DNA of 64,000 nucleotides from a virus: IMG/VR virus record IMGVR_UViG_3300006810_006497, positions 3,918 to 67,917 of that record; one strand, 5' to 3'. Shown piece by piece: positions 56,563 to 64,000 of this stretch (position 1 is its first letter; each line of letters starts with the position of its first letter). The notes under the pieces were generated by a model. It saw only the letters and a program-made list of their open reading frames with translations, ran no database searches and was not told where the DNA came from. The position numbers and the translations under genes were made by a program.

Positions 56563-57225
56563 ATGAAGAAATACTACTTGTTAGACATGATGAAGCACGA
56601 CGAATTGAACGATCAACAGCGTGAGGACTGGGCCGAAAATGTTTGGCTGAACCCCATGAAAGGGTTCCTTGGGAATTGGCGCATCCGTGCATTCAACGAC
56701 GACCTTGAGAAGTGGGCTTGGATTCCCTCGATCATCGCAGGGCCAGAGGAGCATCACCTTCTTTGGCACAACGACGACACGGGGCCAGCCGCAACGCCCT
56801 TCCGAACCATCCTCTCTGCTGACTCTCGTGAAGAGGCTTTGAAGGAGTTTGAGCATTTCATGTACGAGATGCCTCTCGTCCTTCTCTCGATGCACGGTGG
56901 CATCCCTCAAGACTTCACGGCCTACAAAGGCCATGTGGCCGTCTGGGTGGAGTGGAATGGCAACCACGGCCTTGACGCTGAGTCCTTCCGCCAGTCCTAC
57001 ATCGCAGACGGGAAGGACGAATACCGATTCGACTACCTTCATGCTGCTGAGGGTCAATCCATCCGCATCCGCCCATCGACCGACGAGGCTTACCAAGAAC
57101 AGAGGAGGGGCGGCTTTGAACCGACCTGGTGTCCCAACTGCCTCCACCACGGCCTTGGCAACACCGCCGATGGAGATCACATCTCCTGTTCGGAGTGCGG
57201 CTATGTCGAGGAGGTGAAGGAATGA
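56563..57225 (+). CDS. hypothetical protein with C-terminal Zn ribbon
   Basis: GGTGA SD. CPNC...CSECG. Confidence 0.65.
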   Translation: MKKYYLLDMMKHDELNDQQREDWAENVWLNPMKGFLGNWRIRAFNDDLEKWAWIPSIIAGPEEHHLLWHNDDTGPAATPFRTILSADSREEALKEFEHFMYEMPLVLLSMHGGIPQDFTAYKGHVAVWVEWNGNHGLDAESFRQSYIADGKDEYRFDYLHAAEGQSIRIRPSTDEAYQEQRRGGFEPTWCPNCLHHGLGNTADGDHISCSECGYVEEVKE

Positions 57226-58088
57226 GCGTCCCCACCCTGCGTGAAGAATTGATGGTGTCGTACCTCGAAGGCCACGACCCCGACGTGGACGACCTTCACG
57301 AGATTGTCGCCCTCAGCGACGACGAGATCGACGCTCTGTACCGCATCTTCAACGCCGTGTCCACCCACGATGGCTGCGTCGATTCCGACGACGCCGTGAG
57401 GCTCTCTCTGGGCCTGTTCAAGGGGTGCAACAACTCTCAGCCGCTGCGAGCGGTTGACCCGTTGACCACGGTGTCCGACGCCCCCATCCCCATGACTGAC
57501 CGCTGCGTCATCTGCCAATGCGACATGGAAGGCAACGGCCACCAGTCCCAGTTGACCAAGGGCGGGAAGACGCTCCAGCATTCCTACTGCATGGACTGTT
57601 GGGATGACATCAGCCAGATCGTTCGAGGAGCGGAATCCGACGAGGAGGAGAAGGAGAAGATGTTCTTTGAAGCCCCGTGTTTCAATCCTCGACTCCATCA
57701 GTCCCAAGATGAGGAGGAAGATGACGACCACACCATCACCTGCACAGGATGCGGTGGCGAGCGCATCATCAACGACGAGGTTATCCTCTCTGCGACCCCT
57801 GAGAACGGCCTGTGTGCTGAGGAGTTGGACGAGTGTCCCTCCACCACAGACCTGCTCCAAGAGGCTCTTGGGGAGTCCCTCCAGCCCAATGCCATCGAAG
57901 CATTTGGCGACCGCCGCCGCTTCAACGGAAGGCCGAAGGGCATCATTGAGGAGGAGCCTCGTGCAGAGTGCCGCTCGTCCTGTTGTGGTACGCTTGGCGC
58001 ACGGATGCGTGAAGGCTCGTGCCGTGGCTGTCGAGGACTCTCTGCCGCTGGCATTCGTGAAGTGCGTGAGATGAACGGTTGGGAATGA
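57222..58088 (+). CDS. multi-Zn-finger acidic protein
   Basis: CVIC..CMDC, CTGC and other Cys clusters. Confidence 0.6.
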   Translation: MSVPTLREELMVSYLEGHDPDVDDLHEIVALSDDEIDALYRIFNAVSTHDGCVDSDDAVRLSLGLFKGCNNSQPLRAVDPLTTVSDAPIPMTDRCVICQCDMEGNGHQSQLTKGGKTLQHSYCMDCWDDISQIVRGAESDEEEKEKMFFEAPCFNPRLHQSQDEEEDDDHTITCTGCGGERIINDEVILSATPENGLCAEELDECPSTTDLLQEALGESLQPNAIEAFGDRRRFNGRPKGIIEEEPRAECRSSCCGTLGARMREGSCRGCRGLSAAGIREVREMNGWE

Positions 58089-58618
58089 GCATGAACGGAT
58101 TCTTGGTTGGAGCCGATGCTCAGGGGCGACCCTGCCCCTACGAGTCAGCGCGTCAAACCGACGATCAACGAATCAACAAGATGTTCCTCGAAACCTGTCA
58201 AGTCCTCAACACGGCTTTGATTCTCAACGACGCTCCAGAGGAGGTGCTTCTCCGCACCAAGACGGGCAAACCGTACAGGTTGGCTCATCCTCACCACCCG
58301 CTCTGCAAATGGGCAGCAGAGAGCCAAGGCAACTGGCTCTGGCTGTTTCAAATGGGAACGGAATACGCACGTGAGATTCGACGCCGATATGGGAAATCGA
58401 GTGCGTGTGAGAAGACGCTTCGAGATGTCCCTCAACACGCTCATCAATACATCCCTGCGGGAGGATTGACTCCCTGGGTGCTGTGTATGCCAGAGGAGTT
58501 TCAAGATCATACCGACCCCGTTGGTTCGTACCGTCGATTTTACATGACGAAGCCGAACGTCCGTTGGGTACGGACTGCCCCGCCCTCGTGGTGGGTTGAT
58601 CGAGGTGAAGAAGCATGA
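58085..58618 (+). CDS. pyrimidine-dimer DNA glycosylase-like protein (DenV-related)
   Basis: DQRINKMFLETCQVL, YRLAHPHHPLCKW, CMPEEF..DPVGSYRRFY..K, W..PPSWW. Confidence 0.8.
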   Translation: MSMNGFLVGADAQGRPCPYESARQTDDQRINKMFLETCQVLNTALILNDAPEEVLLRTKTGKPYRLAHPHHPLCKWAAESQGNWLWLFQMGTEYAREIRRRYGKSSACEKTLRDVPQHAHQYIPAGGLTPWVLCMPEEFQDHTDPVGSYRRFYMTKPNVRWVRTAPPSWWVDRGEEA

Positions 58619-59166
58619 GAGCAAAACACATTCAATGGAACGAGATTCAACTTGAAGGCTGTGGGGTCTGCGGCTCAGTCGCGATTGTCCCTTGGTCGGA
58701 CAACATCTATCACCAATGCACCGCCTGTGGCTCAATGCTTTACAAGAAGAAGAACGTGAAGCGGAGTTTCGTGGAGAACGATGATGGCTCAGTCCGTAGG
58801 GAAACCGACGAGGAGATGCGGGAGAGGACGCATCATTGGAACGATCATTGTACGGATACCGCAGACGGCAACGTGATTCTCATCAAGCGGGATAAAAATG
58901 AACATCAGCGGCTACTGAACCTTGGTGGCCCAGAAAATCAACAGGCGAGGTTGCTTGAGCAAGTCCTCGATTCATGGGGCTTTGAGTCGCTGGAGGAGAT
59001 GACTAACGAGTTGGCTCGATTGAAGCGCGTTGAGGCGTCGTTTTTCCTTATCCCATCCTTAGTTAAGGATGATATGAAAGCGTATCAAGAGGGGCTTCCC
59101 CTCGTGAATCTCGCTGACTATTGGTTCAGCGGTGAGCGTGAATTGTTTAGGAGTCGAGGAGAATGA
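58615..59166 (+). CDS. Zn-ribbon protein
   Basis: CGVCG...CTACG. Confidence 0.6.
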   Translation: MRAKHIQWNEIQLEGCGVCGSVAIVPWSDNIYHQCTACGSMLYKKKNVKRSFVENDDGSVRRETDEEMRERTHHWNDHCTDTADGNVILIKRDKNEHQRLLNLGGPENQQARLLEQVLDSWGFESLEEMTNELARLKRVEASFFLIPSLVKDDMKAYQEGLPLVNLADYWFSGERELFRSRGE

Positions 59167-59294
59167 GCGTGAGGCCCAACGACTACTGGAAATGCCGCTC
59201 CTGTGGCGGCAGAGGCTACTGCACAACCTACCTGGTGTGCGAGATGTGCGGCTATCGAGAGCCACAGGATGTGAAGAGGGAGGAATCCAAATGA
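59163..59294 (+). CDS. 43-aa Zn-finger microprotein (not in ORF track)
   Basis: MSVRPNDYWKCRSCGGRGYCTTYLVCEMCGY... ATGA overlaps at both ends. Confidence 0.65.
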   Translation: MSVRPNDYWKCRSCGGRGYCTTYLVCEMCGYREPQDVKREESK

Positions 59295-59605
59295 GTCAAG
59301 ACGAGCCGTTGATCGTGGAATACGGTACGAAGGTCAAGTGGACTGAGGAGGATGTTGGCCGTAAGGTCATCCTCCGTAAGCCATGGGGGACTGAAATCCC
59401 CACAGAGATTGTCCGTCTTCGGTACGCCATCCCTTACATGAGGCGAATCGATGAGGATACGGTTGAGCGCGGCGAATGGGGCTGCGGGGAATATGTGATT
59501 GGGCCTCTCGAAGAGTTGGGCCAAGCGTTCGCTCAGGCTGAACACGCATTCCCCAAGGTTCAGGTCATGCTCGATCTTCAAAAGAAAATGGAGGAGTTTG
59601 AATGA
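59291..59605 (+). CDS. hypothetical protein
   Basis: GGAGG SD before ATG 59291. Confidence 0.6.
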   Translation: MSQDEPLIVEYGTKVKWTEEDVGRKVILRKPWGTEIPTEIVRLRYAIPYMRRIDEDTVERGEWGCGEYVIGPLEELGQAFAQAEHAFPKVQVMLDLQKKMEEFE

Positions 59606-60183
59606 ACAAAATAATCGTGGAATACAACCCAAATGAGATGCCTGTGTCGCCCAAGGAGATTTTCATCTCCTGTTCATCATGTGGAGGAGAGCAGTTTCAT
59701 TTCACCCTGTCCCGCCATGGCTACACGCTTGAGTGCTGCTCTGTTGACGAGGAGGGAATGTGTGGTAAGGAGATTCACATCTCGATGCCCCGCTCTATCC
59801 ATCCTGGTCAATGCCCTGTTTGCCTCCATGAGGCTCACGAGGGGAGGAGAGGAAAGGCTCACCCCGTCCATGATAGCGACGAGAGGAAATACCATGCCGT
59901 CATCACCGACCTCAACGAGGGAGGAGATCACGAGCGCAGCAACCACGGCTTGACCTATTGCGAAGCGATGAAGTTTATCAGCGACTGGTTCGGTGAGAAC
60001 ATCCCTCGAATCAAGCGGCTCAACTACGTGCCTCAATACGAAGTGGCATCCGATACTCACCCGTTCACAGGAAAGGCGTTTTACGATGTTTGGCCTCATT
60101 GGGCTGGCCGTGAGATGATCGAGGATACCGCCTATCCTCACAAAGTCGCCAGCGAATACCTCGGAACCATCTGGGAAGACTGA
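59602..60183 (+). CDS. Zn-binding hypothetical protein
   Basis: CSSC, CPVC. Confidence 0.6.
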   Translation: MNKIIVEYNPNEMPVSPKEIFISCSSCGGEQFHFTLSRHGYTLECCSVDEEGMCGKEIHISMPRSIHPGQCPVCLHEAHEGRRGKAHPVHDSDERKYHAVITDLNEGGDHERSNHGLTYCEAMKFISDWFGENIPRIKRLNYVPQYEVASDTHPFTGKAFYDVWPHWAGREMIEDTAYPHKVASEYLGTIWED

Positions 60184-60197
60184 GTGAGTCTTGATAA
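60184..60197 (+). promoter_or_regulatory. putative promoter GTGAGTCTTGATAA
   Basis: 25 nt upstream of the thermosome ATG. Confidence 0.45.
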
Positions 60198-60221
60198 CCG
60201 ACGCACCGATACGGTGAGGTC

Positions 60222-61796
60222 ATGCAGCCAGCGAACAACGGCCAACAGCCCGTGTATATTCTCCAACAGGGAACACAACAGACCAACGGTTCAGCCGCTC
60301 AACGATCAAACATCAGCGCGGCCAAGGCGGTGGCTCAAGCCATCCGCACAACTCTGGGGCCACTTGGCATGGATAAGATGCTCATTGACCCTGCGGGAAA
60401 CATCCTCATCACCAACGATGGCGTGTCCATCCTTCGTGAGATCGGCATTGAGCATCCAGCCGCCAAGATGGTGGTCGAGGTTGCCAAGACCCAAGAGGCC
60501 AACTGCTACGATGGGACGACCTCAGCGGTTGTTCTGGCGGGAGCGTTGCTCGAACAGGCGGAGCGTTTGTTGGACAAGGGAATCCATCCAACCACCATCT
60601 GCAAAGGATACAGAGCCGCACGGGACGTGGCGGTGGACATCCTCAAAACATGGGGGGTCAGCGTCGATGAATCGCCACGACAGGCAGCGGCCACCTCGTT
60701 GACGGGGAAGTCGGCTGAGGGAATCAAAGACCATCTTGTGGGGATTTGTGTTGATGCGATCAAATCGGTTCAGTCCGTGGACGACATCAACATTCTCTCC
60801 GTGAGCGGGAAGTCCGAAGAGGACACCTGCCTCGTACCAGGAGTGGTCGTGGAGAAGGGACTCGCCAGTCCCTCCATGGTGCGTGAGATCGAGGACGCCT
60901 CCATCCTCCTGTTGGATGTCGGCCTTGAGCCTCAAAAGACCAAGATGGAGGCACAGGTGCAAATCACCTCCCCCGACCAAGTGGCTCAATTCCTCGAACA
61001 AGAGGAGGAAGCCATCCGAAGCATGGTTCGCACGATCAAGGAAAGCGGGGCAACGGTGGTCTTTACGCAGAAGAAAATCGACGACCTCGCTCTGCATTAC
61101 CTCACGAAAGAGGGCATCGTGGCCGTGGGCAACGTGCAGAAGTCCGTCCTCGAAAGCCTCTCGTCGCTGGTCGGCGGGAGGATTGTGTCCAGCCTCAACG
61201 CCGCCATCGTGGAGGAAGACATGGGCTACGGCAACTACCGACTCAACGACTCCTTTGACAACGACCTCATTGAGATCACGCCCCTTCACGCTCGACCGAA
61301 GCAACAAACCATCCTCGCATCAGGTGCGACCAAGCACGTGGCAGAAGAGATGGAGCGAGCCTTGGAGGACGCCGTTGGTGTCTGCTGGCTGGCCTCAAAG
61401 GAGAACATCGTCCCTGGAGGGGGAGCAACGCAGACCTACCTTTGGACGCAGTTGCTGAGGCACAACTTCACCGACTTGACTGGACGCCACATGATGGCCG
61501 TCGATTCCTTCCGTGAGGCTCTCATGGCAATTCCAGAGGCCATCGCTGAGAACGCAGGTCATGACCCCGTGGACGTTCGAGCAAACCTCATCCAAGCCCA
61601 CAGCGAGTCAAACATCCTTTCTTGCATTGAGATTGAGAACGGCGGCATCACCGATGCCTTTGACGCCCAGATCGTGGAGCCGCAGTCGCTCCACATCCAA
61701 GCCATCACCTCTGCGGTTGAGGCAGCAGTCATGATTTTGCGGATTGATGATGTCATCAGCATGAACCCAGAAGGGCCAAAGAACCAAATGGGATGA
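60222..61796 (+). CDS. ths: thermosome (group II chaperonin)
   Basis: [47 protein letters not shown]. Confidence 0.95.
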   Translation: MQPANNGQQPVYILQQGTQQTNGSAAQRSNISAAKAVAQAIRTTLGPLGMDKMLIDPAGNILITNDGVSILREIGIEHPAAKMVVEVAKTQEANCYDGTTSAVVLAGALLEQAERLLDKGIHPTTICKGYRAARDVAVDILKTWGVSVDESPRQAAATSLTGKSAEGIKDHLVGICVDAIKSVQSVDDINILSVSGKSEEDTCLVPGVVVEKGLASPSMVREIEDASILLLDVGLEPQKTKMEAQVQITSPDQVAQFLEQEEEAIRSMVRTIKESGATVVFTQKKIDDLALHYLTKEGIVAVGNVQKSVLESLSSLVGGRIVSSLNAAIVEEDMGYGNYRLNDSFDNDLIEITPLHARPKQQTILASGATKHVAEEMERALEDAVGVCWLASKENIVPGGGATQTYLWTQLLRHNFTDLTGRHMMAVDSFREALMAIPEAIAENAGHDPVDVRANLIQAHSESNILSCIEIENGGITDAFDAQIVEPQSLHIQAITSAVEAAVMILRIDDVISMNPEGPKNQMG

Positions 61797-61808
61797 TTTT
61801 ATCCCCCT

Positions 61809-62180
61809 ATGAGCCATGGATGGGCCATGGCGGGGAGGGCTTCGTGGGCTGAAATGTCTGCGAGTGAAGATCGAAGCCCCTTCAATCCCATGTTTGGGAC
61901 GAATTATTCGATGCTTGACCCACGGATGATTTACAGACCAAGGTTCATCCCCAACTCACATTTTGAGGATGCTCCTTTGGAGGAACAGTTGGCTGACGCA
62001 TGGGAACAATTCCGAATGGTCAACAGCCAACTCGCTCGACCTGGCAGAATACACAACCAAAACGACGCCTACAAGGACATCCTTGTACGCAAGATCATCC
62101 GTTTGACTGATGCCCTCAAAGGGCAGGAGGTCGAAGCCTCTCGAAGAAGGGGAGATTTCAATCCGTTCAAGGTTAGGTGA
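61809..62180 (+). CDS. hypothetical protein
   Basis: ORF filling the gap. Start uncertain. Confidence 0.5.
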   Translation: MSHGWAMAGRASWAEMSASEDRSPFNPMFGTNYSMLDPRMIYRPRFIPNSHFEDAPLEEQLADAWEQFRMVNSQLARPGRIHNQNDAYKDILVRKIIRLTDALKGQEVEASRRRGDFNPFKVR

Positions 62181-62215
62181 GTCTTTATCAACGAAGGACA
62201 CGTCCCTCAAAATCC

Positions 62216-62497
62216 ATGAGGACGAAAAGAGCGCGTGAAAAGATTGTAGCCATGCTTCGAGATATGGGGCCGCTGACCACGACCAAGATTTACAACGAGT
62301 TGAACAAGTGGCCCGTGGGTAAATACGCCCTCCGTCATGGTAGCCAAATGGCTCAAATCAACAATGTGTTGGGGAAGAGTCCTGAGTTCGTGAAGTTGAC
62401 CTGCTCAAAGAACGACCCCGCCGATCAACGGGCAAAGGTGGAGGGTATTGCCAGCACATACGCCGCCTGTGTTTGGGACTTGGATGTTGAGGCTTGA
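62216..62497 (+). CDS. winged-helix-like DNA-binding protein
   Basis: IVAMLRDMGPLTTTKIY...QINNVLGKSPEFVK...VWDL. Confidence 0.6.
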   Translation: MRTKRAREKIVAMLRDMGPLTTTKIYNELNKWPVGKYALRHGSQMAQINNVLGKSPEFVKLTCSKNDPADQRAKVEGIASTYAACVWDLDVEA

Positions 62498-62504
62498 GAG
62501 AGCA

Positions 62505-62517
62505 TTCATATACACCA
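62505..62517 (+). promoter_or_regulatory. putative promoter TTCATATACACCA
   Basis: Intergenic TATA-like box, near-duplicate of 55213..55225. Confidence 0.5.
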
Positions 62518-62561
62518 CCCGCTGTGGAGTGCTTGCTCCGACGAGCGATTGGTGAGAAAAT

Positions 62562-64000
62562 ATGTCCAAGACAGCATTTACAGAAGCAGCAAAAGAGTTC
62601 GAGAACATTGGGGCCGACTGGGGGCCTTTGCTCAAGTCCCTCGGCACGGTTTTAACTGAGGTCTGGCAAGAGAAAAACGGTCAGTTCCTGAACAAGGAAG
62701 AACGATCAAAGCACAAAGCCCCCCTCGCACAGGTTGACCAGTCCGACATCCAAATCCGCATGGGCGACACCATGCTCACACTTGTCCCCGCTGAGGAGGG
62801 CAAGGCGATGGTGTCCATCCCTGTCGGTTTCAGCGACAAGGCCACCCCTGCGACCATCCCCCGTGAATGGCTCTTGGGGACGTTCCTCGACGGCCTCATC
62901 TCCATTTTTGAGGGCCACACGGAAGTCGTGTGGAAATATGTGGAGAACATCAACGCCGCCATCGACGCCGCTGCGGAAGTGGACGATGATGGTCGCATGA
63001 AGATCAACACGAAGAAGTTGGCCGACCACAAATACCCCGTTGATGTGGCTGAGATGATCGAGTCCATGAAGCGGTCGTACACGAGCCGCTCTAACGGCTC
63101 CGCCAAGGTTCAAGCCTCCTTCACCATCACCAAGTTGCAGCAGGTCAACCCCGAACCAGAGCCTGAGCCTGAGCCAGTCCTCACAATGGAGGAGCGACTC
63201 CTCCAAAGCGCACCAGCCATGCCTGTCGCCGTTGAGGTGGCAGAGCAGGTCTTGGCTGAATCCAACTCCAATGCAAAACCATCCAGCGATGAGGGGGTCG
63301 TCGAGGCTGATGTCAATGCCTCTCCTGTGCCTTCCGCTGATGTTGCATCCCCGCAATTGGAGGACGCCGCACATGACGACCCTGCGGCTCCTCCTGTTGC
63401 TACGCCAGAGGAGATCGAACAGGCTCACGAGAACCCCATCATCACCGACCCCCCATACCCATTGACGCCCGAAGGCAAAATCGAAACGACCCCAGAGGCT
63501 TTGCTCGAAGTCGTTGATGCAATCGTGGAGAACCCTCACAACTTCAAGAAGAACCCCACCGACTGGATCAAGCACGAATTGATGCACTACAACAAGGCGT
63601 TGGGTGAAGAGAGTTGGAATGCTGATGAGGTCGCTGAGGTCGCAGGTTGTCATGTGCAGACCATCAAGCGAGCGTTGGACAAGTTCGAGGCTGAGGCAGC
63701 GTATGTTCACATGCAAGGGCTTCACACGTTGAAGGACGCTGATGAAGGCACACCAGGATGGGTTGCCCTTGACGTGGACATCAACGAGGACTGGATTCTC
63801 CGCATTGAATGTGAGCGTTCACCTACGGGACGCTATGCACGTGGTCGCCCCATTTGGTTCTATGTCATGGACAAATCCTTCCCCGACCAACACCACCCAA
63901 CGGCTGAGGAAACGGCTGAGATGGTCGCTTCTGTTCTTGACTCCATCCCTGTTGAAGCGTTGGAGGATGCACCACCAACTCTCAAGGCAACCGACGACAC
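62562..64000 (+). CDS. hypothetical protein with acidic Pro-rich linker and HTH, truncated at window edge
   Basis: GGTGA SD. MSKTAFTEAAKEF... open to the window end. ADEVAEVAGCHVQTIKRAL HTH-like segment. Confidence 0.7.
   Translation, partial: MSKTAFTEAAKEFENIGADWGPLLKSLGTVLTEVWQEKNGQFLNKEERSKHKAPLAQVDQSDIQIRMGDTMLTLVPAEEGKAMVSIPVGFSDKATPATIPREWLLGTFLDGLISIFEGHTEVVWKYVENINAAIDAAAEVDDDGRMKINTKKLADHKYPVDVAEMIESMKRSYTSRSNGSAKVQASFTITKLQQVNPEPEPEPEPVLTMEERLLQSAPAMPVAVEVAEQVLAESNSNAKPSSDEGVVEADVNASPVPSADVASPQLEDAAHDDPAAPPVATPEEIEQAHENPIITDPPYPLTPEGKIETTPEALLEVVDAIVENPHNFKKNPTDWIKHELMHYNKALGEESWNADEVAEVAGCHVQTIKRALDKFEAEAAYVHMQGLHTLKDADEGTPGWVALDVDINEDWILRIECERSPTGRYARGRPIWFYVMDKSFPDQHHPTAEETAEMVASVLDSIPVEALEDAPPTLKATDD

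Noticed and set aside
1-64000. tRNA/rRNA genes, DNA polymerase, integrase, genetic-code reassignment
   Set aside because: None recognised by eye. ORFs tile densely under the standard code, and replication genes probably lie outside the window.

Overview
This window is part of a tailed archaeal virus genome (Caudoviricetes, HK97 capsid, probably long-tailed). The group II chaperonin, GGTGA/GGAGG Shine-Dalgarno sites, TATA-like promoters and gene order suggest a magrovirus of Marine Group II/Poseidoniales; this is inferred and not database-checked. Positions 1-47.8 kb are almost all on the minus strand. They hold the tail, head and packaging genes, a membrane/small-GTPase operon, and a roughly 14 kb array of enzyme genes. 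A non-coding, repeat-rich switch region at 47.8-48.8 kb is a candidate origin or terminus. Plus-strand early genes follow, including an SF1 helicase, a DenV-like glycosylase, a thermosome and many Zn-finger proteins. The main finding is that about 15 otherwise unrelated proteins share a short leader, F-x-x-[AT]-W-x-x-[LIM]-x-K|[ASMG]. They include five ADP-ribosyltransferase-like proteins, adenine and cytosine DNA methyltransferases, a GNAT, a zincin, a kinase-like protein and a Gp88-like protein. The leader ends in the same hydrophobic-K|S/A motif found throughout the head proteins. It looks like a capsid-targeting, protease-cleaved tag for a modular, reshuffled set of enzymes delivered by the virion. 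All functional calls come from motif reading by eye.
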